Assembly (NCBI GenBank): GCA_013416795.1
Contig: RQSC01000678.1
Span: forward strand, 38,116 to 78,520
Length of the DNA: 40,405 bases
Direction: 5' to 3'
Source: Prasinococcaceae sp. CCMP 1430
Lineage: Eukaryota > Plantae > Prasinodermophyta
The notes below the pieces were generated by a model that had not been told where the DNA came from, did no database searches, and saw only the letters and a list, made by a program, of their open reading frames with translations. Shown one piece after another: positions 11,269 to 21,037 of this stretch. Positions within the stretch are counted from its first letter, which is position 1; the number at the start of each line of letters is the position of its first letter. The position numbers were made by a program, and so were the translations under genes.

Positions 11269-11596
11269 CCCATCAAATCGCATGCGCCTTCGCGCGTACC
11301 CGCGTTTCGGTACGGGCGATTCTCCCATCAAATCGCATGCGCCTTCGCGCGTACCCGCGTTTCGGTACGGGCGATTCTCCCATCAAATCGCATGCGCCTT
11401 CGCGCGTACCCGCGTTTCGGTACGGGCGATTCTCCCATCAAATCGCATGCGCCCGCGGGCGCGCGCGCGTTTCGGTACGGGCGATTCTCCCATCAAATCG
11501 CATGCGCCCGCGGGCGCGCGCGCGTTTCGGTACGGGCGATTCTCCCATCAAATCGCATGCGCCTGCGGGCGCGGTGCGTTTCGGGACGGGCGATTC
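11269..11596. repeat. Minisatellite: 6 tandem copies of a 55-bp unit with internal dyad symmetry
   Basis: Unit CCCATCAAATCGCATGCGCCTTCGCGCGTACCCGCGTTTCGGTACGGGCGATTCT starts at 11269, 11324, 11379, 11434, 11489 and 11544. Copies 1-3 are identical, copies 4-5 are an identical variant, and copy 6 is diverged. Confidence 0.97.
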
Positions 11597-11892
11597 GCCC
11601 GCGCCGCCGCGCGCGCCCGCCCTGCCACGCGGGCAGAAAAAAACGTGCGGACGCGCGCGCAAATGCGCGAATCTCCGCGGAATTCGCGCGAGGTACGTAC
11701 TGAGTGCGCGGGGAAGCGCGGCGGTCGCGCCGCGCCCGCGGCCCCACGCCTCCCGCCCCCTTCCCCTTCTTGCCTGGAAGGGAGCGTGCCACACGTCGGG
11801 CGCGAGGAGCCCCTCCTGCCCGCCGCCCCGCTCTGCCACGCCACGCCACGCCACGCGCGCGCGACTGCGCGACCGTGGCAGCGGCCGCCGCC

Positions 11893-13361
11893 ATGCCGAC
11901 GTCGGCGCCGTCGCAGACGTTCGCGGACCTGTTCGACGCGCTCAACAAGTGCTACGAGGCGGGCGTCAGCGATGAGCCCTTCTGCTGGGGATGGCACTCA
12001 TTCGTCGGCTTCGCCGTGTACTGGTGCGACAGCGCACGGTGGCGGCCCGCGCGCTTGGCGGCGGCCGCCGGCCCTGGCGCCGCGTGCCGCGGACGGGCGC
12101 TCGCCCCCACCGTCTCCTGCGCGCAGCACTGCGCACGCTGAGCCAGCTCGGCTCGCGACGGGCTCGCCACGTTGCTGACGCCTCCCAATCCCCCCCCGCC
12201 CTTTCCCGCGCGGACTTTGCCGCTACGTCCACGCGCAGCGCGGCCGCAGCGGTGCTCACTGGCAACTACTCCCACACGGACCGCCTGTGGAGCATCACGC
12301 CTGTGGTGTACGTTTGGATTTGGGCGGCTGCTGCGGGCTTCGATGCGCGCACGTCCATCATGGCCGCGCTCTCACTGTACTGGGGGGCTCGCCTCAGCTT
12401 CAACTTCTGGAGGAAGGTGCGTGCGGGGCGAGTGCCGTCGCCCTGCGCAAGGGCGAGCCATGCCAGGCGTGCTGTGGAGCGCCGCGAGGGCGCCACTCTG
12501 ACGTGCCGTCTCCGGCGCCTGGCGACACCGCTCCGTCCACCCTGCCGCCCTGCAGGGTGGCTACTCGAAGGGCGAGGAGGACTACCGCTGGCCCGTGCTG
12601 CGCGCGCACCCCCTCCTCAAGCACCCGCTCGCATGGCACGCGTTCAACGTGTTTTTCATCGCCGGCTATCAGCACTTTCTGCTCTTCCTCATTGCGTGCC
12701 CCGCGTACGTCGCCTACACGGGCAAGGACGAGCCGCTCAACTGGGCGGATGCCGTGGCCATCGTGCTCATGGTGGGCGCTCTGGCGCTTGAAACGGTCGC
12801 TGATCAGCAGCAGTGGAACTACCAGGAGGCCAAGGTACGCCGGCGCGCTGGCAGAGGCGCCTCCGCGCCAGGCGCGCGCGCGCCGCCGACGCGAGCTGAC
12901 CCCTGCCGACCCTCGCGGGCGCACGTGCTGCCTGAACGCACGGCCGCGCGCACCACTGCGCGCCCCACCAGTACGGTCGCAGGCCCAAGTGCTCGCAGCG
13001 CGTCGCGAATGGCGACTACGAGCGCGGCTTCAACACGGGCGGGCTCTTCAGGTACTCGCGCCACCCCAACTTCTTCGCTGAGCAGAGCGTGTGGTGGAGC
13101 TTCTTCGTGTTCGGCGCTGCGGCGCTCGGTCCCGACAGGTGGGAGTCGTGGACGAATTGGACGCTCCTTGCGCCCGTGCTGCTATCGCTGCTCTTCCAGG
13201 GCTCCACGCCCTTCACTGAGAGCATCACGACCAAGAAGTACCCGCTGTACAAGGAGTACCAGCGTGTGACCTCGGCGCTTCTGCCGCTGCCGCGCTTCGG
13301 CCAGCCCAGCTGGGAGACCGGCGAGAGCACGCCGCTCAAAACGGGGACCAACAGGAGCTAA
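11893..13361 (+). CDS. DUF1295 / steroid 5-alpha-reductase-like membrane protein, 4 exons, 325 aa
   Basis: Exons 11893-12023, 12239-12416, 12556-12834 and 12972-13361 join in frame across GT-AG introns (donors GTGCGA, GTGCGT, GTACGC). Family motifs: GNYSHTDRLWSITP, WGARLSFNFWRKGGY..GEEDYRW, ETVADQQQW, GLFRYSRHPNFFAEQSVWW and YPLYKEYQ. Confidence 0.9.
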
Positions 13362-13725
13362 TGGGCCCGTCGCGGTCCTTCGCGTGAACCTGCTGCCACG
13401 CGCACGGCGCGGGCACCAAGGGAGCGCGGCGCGGCGCCGCCCGGAATCCCGAATCGCGCGACCTCCCGGCACGGCGCGCGGTTGTGGCGGGCACGGGGCG
13501 ACGTCGCCGGGGCGATGCTCAGCGACTAATGACAACGCGCGCGGCGCGCGCTGCCGCCTGCGTGCGATCCTACAAGCTATTTTGACGTTCATGGTGCGAG
13601 GCCCCGCTGCGCGCGCGCACACCAACGGCCTGCCTTGGCGCGCCGAACTGGAGCCACGCACCCGAGGGCCTCTCGCTCCCCGCGAGCGCACCTGCGCGCA
13701 CGGGCGCGCGCGCATTGTCGCGCTC

Positions 13726-14301
13726 CTATCGCAGGTGTTTCAGCTGCTCCTGCGCCGCCTCCTTGTTGCGCACGTCGGCAACGGTCGTGCGGTACGTCGA
13801 GCGCGTGACGAATGTCTTCGCGGCCTCGTCCATCATCTCCACCTCCTTGACGCGCTTGTTGTGCTCCCTGACCTGCTCGTTGCTCATCTTCTTCTCCTTT
13901 TCCTTCTTGGCCGCAGCTGCGCGCGCCTCGGCGGCCTCTGCCGCGCGCTTCGCGGCGTCCCGCTGGCGACCGGCAGCCGCGCGCTCGCGCGATCGCGCGT
14001 TCTTCGACTGCTTGCTGCGCGGAAGGCTGCTGCCGCTCCCGCCGCCGCCGCCCCGGCCGGCGTTGCTCCCCTTGCCCTGTTCGCGCGCCTTGGCGGCCTT
14101 GGCCGCAGCCTGCTTGGCGCCCTTGGCTGCCGCTGCGCGGCGCTCCTGCCGGCTCGGCTGCTTGGACGACCCTCTGCCGAAGGCGAACGGCGAGCGCCCG
14201 CCCTTGGCGCCCTTGCCCGTGCCGCCGAGGCGCCTGCCCTTGCCCTTGCCGAAGCGGCCGCGAAGCCACAGCGCGCCCGCGACGAGCGCCCGCGCGGGCA
14301 T
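13726..14301 (-). CDS. Hypothetical basic Lys/Arg/Ala-rich protein, about 191 aa, with a coiled-coil-like C-terminus
   Basis: ATG 14301 to TAG 13726. The C-terminal half (KKEKEKKMSNEQVREHNKRVKEVEMMDEAAKTFVTR) reads as real protein, unlike the overlapping frames. No family recognised; 5' end uncertain. Confidence 0.55.
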   Translation of the reverse strand: MPARALVAGALWLRGRFGKGKGRRLGGTGKGAKGGRSPFAFGRGSSKQPSRQERRAAAAKGAKQAAAKAAKAREQGKGSNAGRGGGGGSGSSLPRSKQSKNARSRERAAAGRQRDAAKRAAEAAEARAAAAKKEKEKKMSNEQVREHNKRVKEVEMMDEAAKTFVTRSTYRTTVADVRNKEAAQEQLKHLR

Positions 14302-14382
14302 GGGCCGCCCCCCCGCCCTCCGCGCGGTGTGGGGCGCCCCTCCCCTTTCCCTCTCTTCTGTCTCCCTTATCGCCCGGCGGCC

Positions 14383-14645
14383 GTGTGTGTGTGTGTGGTG
14401 GTGGTGGGGGGGGCGGGTGAGCATCCGCTCGGGCTCGCGCTCTCGTCTCTCCCTCGGCCCTCCCCCCGTGCGTCTGCCGCCGCCGCCGGCGCGCCGCGCG
14501 GCCGCGCACACCCGTTATCCGCCGCCGCCGCCTCCGCGCGGCGCCGCGCCCGGACAGGCGCATACGGGGTGGGACACACACACACAGCGCCGCGTCCGTG
14601 GGTGCGGTCTGGTTTGGGTTGGGTCGGGTCGGGTCGGGTTGGGTT
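14383..14645. repeat. Microsatellite cluster: (GT)7 at 14383-14396, (AC)n at 14574-14586, (GGGTY)6 at 14616-14645
   Basis: Read directly from the sequence; lies between two divergent genes. Confidence 0.85.
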
Positions 14646-17600
14646 GGTTGGGGGCGCGCGCCGGCGGGCGGGCGCGTTGCAAGACTTGAGCAGGCTCGCA
14701 GCAGCGGTGTGGAAGGTTTGGGCCAGCTGCCGCCGCTGCCTGCGGGCGGCGTGCTCAGCGCCGCAGCGAGCGCGTTTGCCGCCGGGGAGGAGAGCAATGG
14801 CGCGTCGGACGCCGCGGCTGCAGCGCTGTGCGCAATGGTAGGATCGGAGGTGCTTCGCCAATCCTTTCGTCCTGCCACAGAGCACGTCGTGCGGCTCGCC
14901 GAGGCCGCTTTTGCTCCTGGCGCGCGCGACGCAGCGGCAGGGGCCGCCGCCACAGTGCTGACAGCACACGCGGGCATGGCCGCGGCGCCGCGCAAGCTAT
15001 TCGAGCGCTTCGTGGACAGGCTGCTCATGCCTGCAATGCGCCGGAGGGAGCGCGCCTCGCAGGAGCTCGCGGACGAGCTCGATGCTGCGTCGCGCGCCGT
15101 GCTCTTTCACCGCGCGCACCTGCCAGGATTCGCTGCTATGCAGCCAGCGTTTCAGGCCAACCCGGCCGATGGGGGTGGGCGCACCGAGGCCAACGGTGGC
15201 ACAGGCGATGGCGGCGGTGCCGACGACGACGTGGCTGCAAACGGCGGTGGCAGGCCCGCAAAGCAACGCAAGCAAGCTGATGTAGACGCCACCGCGGGTG
15301 CGAGAGCGCAGAGCGCCGGTGTGCAGGCAGGCTATCAGCGCGCGCTCTTCGCCAAGCTGGCGGAGAGCATGGTCGCAGGAGACGCTGCCGCGGCCGCGGC
15401 CGCAGTGCGGCTATTGGCTGAGTATAGCGGGGGCGCGGGCGGTCTGGACGGAGCTGCGCCACCACCAGCCGCCGTGGTTGCATTCATGAGTCGCATAGCG
15501 CAACCCGCACTGCTTGCGATGCGCAGGATCGACGGCAGCGCACGTGCGAAGGATGGACCGCATGCAACCGCAGACTCGCTTTCGACGGCCACACTGGTCG
15601 CCCAGACGCTCGCACGCCTTTGCGAGATCTGCCGCGGTGCTGATGCGTACTCACACGCCCACGCGTTGGCGCGCGAGGGCGGACCGCACGCCAGGTGTGT
15701 CGCTGAGGTCGCAAAGCTGGCCGTGAGTATGCACGACTCGGTGCTCCTCGGGGCTCATGGGAGCAGCGACTGCGACGATGCAGTCGCCGTGACGCGAGCA
15801 GCTGCTGCTGCGTTGGCTGCGCTGCGTGCTGCATTGCTACTTGACCACCGCGTAGCAGATGGCTTGATTGAATGCGACGAGCATGCCGACCTCGTCGTCG
15901 GCAGCAGCCGCAGTAGCATCTGGGACTCGCTCCTCCTGGCGGCACACTCTGCCCTGACGGCAGATGTGCAGGGGGCGGGCGGTGAGCTACTTGCAGCCGC
16001 GCAGGATGTCGCTTGCGGATACCTGGACACCGCGCGCGAGCGCAGATCGCTGAGCGATTTCGTCACTGAAATGCTTGAGTCCATCCAGCGGCAAGGCTGC
16101 GCGGGATGTTCCACGCCTTCGACGAAATCCGCCATTGCCGCTGAGCACAAGGGAAAGAAGCGGGCGCGCGAGTCGCGAGCCGTTGCAGCTTCAGGCACCG
16201 GCAGGCTGACGGTGGAGGGTGGCCTGGGTACGCCCACGGCTATTCGTGCTCTGTTATGCGGGCCTAAATTTGCCATGGCGCTGCGTGGGGCTCTGCATGA
16301 GATGCTGGGAGCCCAGGCGCCGGTTGTCGCCCAGGCCGCAGTGGCGGCGGCTGGGCGCTACATGGCGGAGCTCGTGACCTTGACGTCTGCTACGAGTGAC
16401 GGCCCCTCGCGTGCTTTGGTATCGGCTGAGGTGATCGCAATGTGCCTTGACGGTGTGCGCGTGGATGCGCACAATGCGGCCGGGCTACAGCGCGAGTGCA
16501 GCAAGATGCTGGGTGACACGCTGGCGCGCGTGCTCGGTGCCGCAACCGCCGCGGCGGCGCGGAAAGAGCGTGTTGACAGCGGCAATGCAAGCCCGGGTGC
16601 CGCAGAGCTCGTGTTTAGCCTGAGGCTTTTCGTGGCTGCCTCATGCCTGAAGGGCGAATGCACCGGCTGGCTGTCGACACACGCACTGGAGAGCGAGGGC
16701 GAGGGCGGTAGTGAGCTGCCTTCAACGTGGGCGAGCGTCGCGCCTGAGAGCAGCCTCCCTCTCGGCACCTTCGTTCGCTGGGCGATGCGCGAGCACGGTG
16801 GCGCGGATCTGTCGCCGCAACAGCAGCGAGCAGCCCAGCGACAGCTGGCATTCGCGCTGGATGGGCTTGCGCTATGGCGCATGCGTGACCTCCAAAGTGT
16901 GGACGCACCAGAGGCCGTCTCGCGCGAGAGCTGTGACCTTTGTGAGTGGCTCATTGCTGCTGATGACGAGCCTGCAAAGGCAGGCGAGGCCGGTGCCGGC
17001 GCCGACGCCGCGATGTGGATGTCCGCGCCTGCACGTGCATCGCCGGTGATCGTCCCACCCTTCACAGGCACCGAATATGCGATGGCCCGGCAGGTCATGC
17101 TGGAAGCCGCGGCACACGTGTGGAGCCCGCATGCAAACGCTGCCGCCATCGACGTCGTTGCGCAGAACGCCGTCAGAAACCTTGCTCGCGGCGCCGGCAC
17201 GGCTGCCAGCGGATCGCTCGCTCAGTGGCCCCCGCAGATGTTCGAGGTGCCCGGCCTTAACGTGGCCCTCGCCCGGCACTTGGTCACCATGGCGCTTGCC
17301 AATGCGTGCTTGGCACTCGAGGAAGTCGACGAGGGCACCTGCGGGAAAGCCCGTGCGAAGCTCTCCAAACACATGCGCAAGGAGCTCAAGGGTGCAGCCA
17401 AGGCACTCAATGCAGCGGGCACACTCTCTGCGGACACTGTTTCCGTCCTCACAGACAAGCTCGACATGGGCCGCGTACTGGAGGCGCTGCGCTCGACCAA
17501 TGATCGGCTGGTCGCACCCGGGGACGCGTGTGCATTTGCCAGCGCAATCTTTGAGTGTGCGGCCTCGCTGCCGCGCGGCTTCATTGGTGACTCGCACGCC

Positions 17601-19922
17601 GCAGCCGCGCTCTTGTGTGCGGCCGCCGCGTGCGAGGGTGCGTTTGCCCTGGCAGGCGCGCCCACCGTGGCATTGTCTGCGCGACGAGCTTGCATAGCGA
17701 CGTTGCACAGCGCCGTGGCGAACGCGCGCGCTGCAGATGTGCTTGCCATCGACGCGAGCTCGTCCGAGTCACCGGTTTGCTTCGCGAGCGACTGCGAGAG
17801 TGACACGCTGCTGAGTGTCCTCAGCGGAGAGGGATTCGCCGCGTGGCTGGTCGCCGTGCGAGGCTCCCCTGCAGTTGATAGCGACGGGCGCATGGGCAAG
17901 TTGCACGGGGAACTCGCCGAAGAGGGCTGCCGCTGCGCAGCGATGATTGCACTGGCGAGGCCTGGCGACGAATCCTGCTGTGCGTTGCTGCGCGCAGCCG
18001 CGGAGCTGCATGAAGCCGGCGCAGGGGGAGAGGCGCAGGGCACACATGCAACGCTCGCCGCAGCTGGCGCTATGGCTGGGATCGCCGAGCGCGTGGGCGG
18101 TGATCCACGCCTGCGTAGAGTGCTTGCCGCTGCGCGCGTGCAGCAGGAGATCCGTGGGCTCCCGGCTGTGGACTACGCCCTCCCTGCGCGCAGTGTGCGC
18201 GTGCACGAGCTCGCGAGCAAGCTCGACGCATCGGTTGCAACGAGGCTCTCGCGTGCGCTGATCGCGACGCAATCGGCCCCAGGTTCCAAGGAAGTGTCGG
18301 TGGACGAGCTCGCTGCGGCATGTAAGGCAGCGGCGTGCGTGCTGCGCTGGCGTTTGGCGCACATGCAATGTGACGTCGACGATGCGACCCTCGATGATGC
18401 CGACGGGGGCCGTCCCGTTGCCGCTGGCACCGGGGCTGCCGCTATCGTGGCGGTGGACGGTGGCACCGATGGCAACGCGGCCAGTGCCGACGGTGGCGAG
18501 GTCAGCAGAGGAGCCGGCAGCGCTGAGGATGACGACGAGGCTTTTTCTTTGGAAAGCGACGGCGATGAGCCTGTCGCTGCAGCCACTGCCTCCGGAGCCG
18601 CCGAGCTCGAGGCAGCCGTGGCAGCACAGGATGCCATCGAGGAGACTGCTCTCTTCGCCATTGGTGGGTCGGAGTCCCCGTGCGTCGCGACGTTGGGGAC
18701 GAGCATTGCGTCGGTCCTCACCGTGCTGACACGTGGACAAGCGCTTCCGTCGGCCTCGCGCGACGCGTTATACGACTACCTCGCCGTCGCCATGGAGGTA
18801 GTGGTGCGCATTCGGCCTCTGCCCCCGCCGGGTGCGTTCTCCACGCTAGTTGCCGCGCATGTCGTCCTCGTGGCACGCTGTGGGTCCCGGGCCTTCCTTT
18901 CCGACGGACAGCTGGAGGCGGAGGTGGATCCGGAGGCGCTTGGCGCGCGAGCGTCTCTGCGTGCGATGCTGTCGCACTGCCGCACGTCACAGCTGCGGCT
19001 TGCATTCAATGCGCTCTCCGAGGGGCTGGCGACGCACCACCGTGGCGCGTGCCTGGCGTGCCTCGAGACGGCGCTCGCCGCGGCGACCGGCGGGAGGGCC
19101 ATAGCGGTGGCAGCAGCGGCGGGGCGAATCGCTCCCGCTCTTCTGGCCGCCGCGCGAGAGAGCGCCACAGGTGCGCAACTCGGCGCAGGTGATCGCATGG
19201 CCGTGTCGGTTGCGCGCGCGACAGTCACGGCGCTGTCGGCGCTCGCCTCGAAGCGGTCGGTGGTGCTCGGCGTATCCGAGGTGTCGGCCATACTTTCGGC
19301 GCCGTGCTTCGTCTACGCTGTGCAGGGCTCGCCCTCCGTGGATGAGCTTGCACTCGCCCTCCGTGACGATTCGCGGCGCGCCGAGGGCGTCGCTGCGCTC
19401 TTTGATGCCGCTGCTGGGGCGCTCCGAGCTGCCTTGCGCTTCCGGCGCGCGGAGACGCGCCGCCAGGCCGCGCTCGTCCGCGAGGCTTTCGCTTCATTGT
19501 TGCGCGTGCTCGACGTGCTAGCGGCCGCGGCGCTGAGGAGCGTCGAGGAAGACACTGCCAGCGGACCGGCCGCGTGGAGGGTCGTCACATCCTGCGCGAA
19601 CTCGCTGCGCGGTGCGTACGCAGAGGTTGAGACTCGCAAGGACACCTTCAGCAAGTACGCGCCACACATGCTGTCCGACCTTCTCGACGTGCTGGTGGGG
19701 CCCAGCGGCAGCGCCTCGCTCGCGTCGTCGCCCAGCGGCAACGGTCCCGCGGGAGCGGCCGCAGCCCTACGCGAGGGTGCGTTCTGCCTTCTGAGCACCT
19801 GCAGCACGCGCGAGCTGGCGCAGGCGCATGCAACGTACGGCTCGCAGACGGCCGCGGGCGCGGCGCTGCAGGGTCTCAGGACGGAGTGGCAGCGCACGCA
19901 CAAGTACACGGGCAAGGTTTAA
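14598..19922 (+). CDS. URB2: URB2/Npa2-like nucleolar ribosome biogenesis protein (large helical protein); true start unresolved
   Basis: Long Ala/Leu-rich open frame ending LREGAFCLLSTCS...LRTEWQRTHKYTGKV, which resembles the URB2 C-terminal Urb2/Npa2 domain and its terminal YxGKV. The first 30 or so codons are microsatellite and not credible. First in-frame ATG is 14835. Confidence 0.72.
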   Translation: MGAVWFGLGRVGSGWVGWGRAPAGGRVARLEQARSSGVEGLGQLPPLPAGGVLSAAASAFAAGEESNGASDAAAAALCAMVGSEVLRQSFRPATEHVVRLAEAAFAPGARDAAAGAAATVLTAHAGMAAAPRKLFERFVDRLLMPAMRRRERASQELADELDAASRAVLFHRAHLPGFAAMQPAFQANPADGGGRTEANGGTGDGGGADDDVAANGGGRPAKQRKQADVDATAGARAQSAGVQAGYQRALFAKLAESMVAGDAAAAAAAVRLLAEYSGGAGGLDGAAPPPAAVVAFMSRIAQPALLAMRRIDGSARAKDGPHATADSLSTATLVAQTLARLCEICRGADAYSHAHALAREGGPHARCVAEVAKLAVSMHDSVLLGAHGSSDCDDAVAVTRAAAAALAALRAALLLDHRVADGLIECDEHADLVVGSSRSSIWDSLLLAAHSALTADVQGAGGELLAAAQDVACGYLDTARERRSLSDFVTEMLESIQRQGCAGCSTPSTKSAIAAEHKGKKRARESRAVAASGTGRLTVEGGLGTPTAIRALLCGPKFAMALRGALHEMLGAQAPVVAQAAVAAAGRYMAELVTLTSATSDGPSRALVSAEVIAMCLDGVRVDAHNAAGLQRECSKMLGDTLARVLGAATAAAARKERVDSGNASPGAAELVFSLRLFVAASCLKGECTGWLSTHALESEGEGGSELPSTWASVAPESSLPLGTFVRWAMREHGGADLSPQQQRAAQRQLAFALDGLALWRMRDLQSVDAPEAVSRESCDLCEWLIAADDEPAKAGEAGAGADAAMWMSAPARASPVIVPPFTGTEYAMARQVMLEAAAHVWSPHANAAAIDVVAQNAVRNLARGAGTAASGSLAQWPPQMFEVPGLNVALARHLVTMALANACLALEEVDEGTCGKARAKLSKHMRKELKGAAKALNAAGTLSADTVSVLTDKLDMGRVLEALRSTNDRLVAPGDACAFASAIFECAASLPRGFIGDSHAAAALLCAAAACEGAFALAGAPTVALSARRACIATLHSAVANARAADVLAIDASSSESPVCFASDCESDTLLSVLSGEGFAAWLVAVRGSPAVDSDGRMGKLHGELAEEGCRCAAMIALARPGDESCCALLRAAAELHEAGAGGEAQGTHATLAAAGAMAGIAERVGGDPRLRRVLAAARVQQEIRGLPAVDYALPARSVRVHELASKLDASVATRLSRALIATQSAPGSKEVSVDELAAACKAAACVLRWRLAHMQCDVDDATLDDADGGRPVAAGTGAAAIVAVDGGTDGNAASADGGEVSRGAGSAEDDDEAFSLESDGDEPVAAATASGAAELEAAVAAQDAIEETALFAIGGSESPCVATLGTSIASVLTVLTRGQALPSASRDALYDYLAVAMEVVVRIRPLPPPGAFSTLVAAHVVLVARCGSRAFLSDGQLEAEVDPEALGARASLRAMLSHCRTSQLRLAFNALSEGLATHHRGACLACLETALAAATGGRAIAVAAAAGRIAPALLAAARESATGAQLGAGDRMAVSVARATVTALSALASKRSVVLGVSEVSAILSAPCFVYAVQGSPSVDELALALRDDSRRAEGVAALFDAAAGALRAALRFRRAETRRQAALVREAFASLLRVLDVLAAAALRSVEEDTASGPAAWRVVTSCANSLRGAYAEVETRKDTFSKYAPHMLSDLLDVLVGPSGSASLASSPSGNGPAGAAAALREGAFCLLSTCSTRELAQAHATYGSQTAAGAALQGLRTEWQRTHKYTGKV

Positions 19923-20042
19923 GCTATGCTTCGTGTCACCACACTCAGCGCACGTTGCCAGCGCTGTGCCGCGCTTGCTCCTCCGTCTTCTTGTCCCCAC
20001 CCCTTGGGGAACGCAGGCGATGATGCTACTGTGTGGCTATAT

Positions 20043-20599
20043 CTAGTCTTCGAGGATGGCCTTGACTGTGGGCGCGAGAGGCGTGTCAGCAAGCGCTCCT
20101 CGGCACCGGGGCGCACGACGCGCGCCTGTGCGCGCGGGCAACTTGTCGGCGAGCGTGTCTGCTCCCGCACCTGCATTGACCGCCTGGACAATTGTGAGAA
20201 TCCCAACGGCCGAGGCGCCAATCTTCACGGGGGGGCCACCGATGACGAAGAAATCGTAGCATAGGAGCAGGGTGGTGACAACCACACCAACGCCGACCGC
20301 ACTGGAGACGACGATGCCGCCGGGGCTGTTCTCCATTGCTGTCCTCCACTTGTTGGGCGGCTTGCTTGTCGCCGCCGCGAACTGCTCCTTCGTCACAAAG
20401 CGCTCGCTCTTGCGCGCGCCGAACGAGAGATCGTCGCGCGAGAGAGAGTACCCCCCGGTGCTGCTCGATGCCGGCGCTGCGTCCGCGTCCTCGGCGCCGC
20501 CCGCGTCCCCCTGCCCCTCGCCGCCAGCCGCTGCGCGCGGCGCTTCGACCCCGGCGCGCGCGTCGCCGCGCGCGCCACGAGCACCGTCGCTCTCGCCAT
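20043..20599 (-). CDS. Small hypothetical membrane protein (two hydrophobic helices, transit-peptide-like N-terminus), with one intron and an apparent 1-nt frame discrepancy
   Basis: The 3' part (YSLSRDDLSFG...GIVVSSAVGVGVVVTTLLLCYDFF...GILTIVQAVNA) is spliced across intron 20170-20066 (G|GTGCGG...GCTGAC...CACAG|) to VKAILED*. The ATG at 20599 (MARATVLVARAATRAPGSKRR) is in a different frame. Confidence 0.55.
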
Positions 20600-21037
20600 C
20601 GCCCCCGCCTCCGCCTGTGCCCGCGCCTCACCCCGCGCCTCACCCCGCGCCCGCCGCGCACTGTGGCGGCGACGACGCCAACCCAACCTAATCCACGAGG
20701 CCTGCAGCAAATCTATTCCCGGGAACTCGCCTCGCAGCCGGGCGGGAGCCCAAACTCAAACCTTGCCGCCTCCTCAACACATGCACAGCTTTGGGTTCGA
20801 AACGATGCATCGTCGTCTCTCTCCATCACTTACCATCGTCCGTCCGTGATGCTGCCGTGATGTCTTTGGGGTAGCTGTGTGCTTGACTGAGTGTAGAATG
20901 ATGAGTGTGGGTATGTAGGGTTTACGTAGTGGTTGGCGACCCGGCCGCCGCGCGTGCGTAACGGCAGCGCGGACGCCAGGCGGGCGCGAGCGTCAGAGGC
21001 GTCAGAGGCGCACCGGGCGGTGGCTCCCGCGCGGGGC

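Noticed and set aside
11269-11596. CRISPR array (constant palindromic part alternating with a variable part)
   Set aside because: The variable parts are only about 12 bp, are repeated identically (a,a,a,b,b,c) and are related to each other. No cas genes are present and the context is eukaryotic and intron-containing.
14616-14645. Interstitial telomere repeat
   Set aside because: The unit is GGGTT/GGGTC, not TTAGGG or TTTAGGG, and there are only six copies.
20828-20836. Minus-strand ATG|GTAAGT micro-exon as the start of the 20043 gene
   Set aside because: No acceptor joins it in frame to the C-terminal coding frame, and GTAAGT is unlike the other donors in this window.
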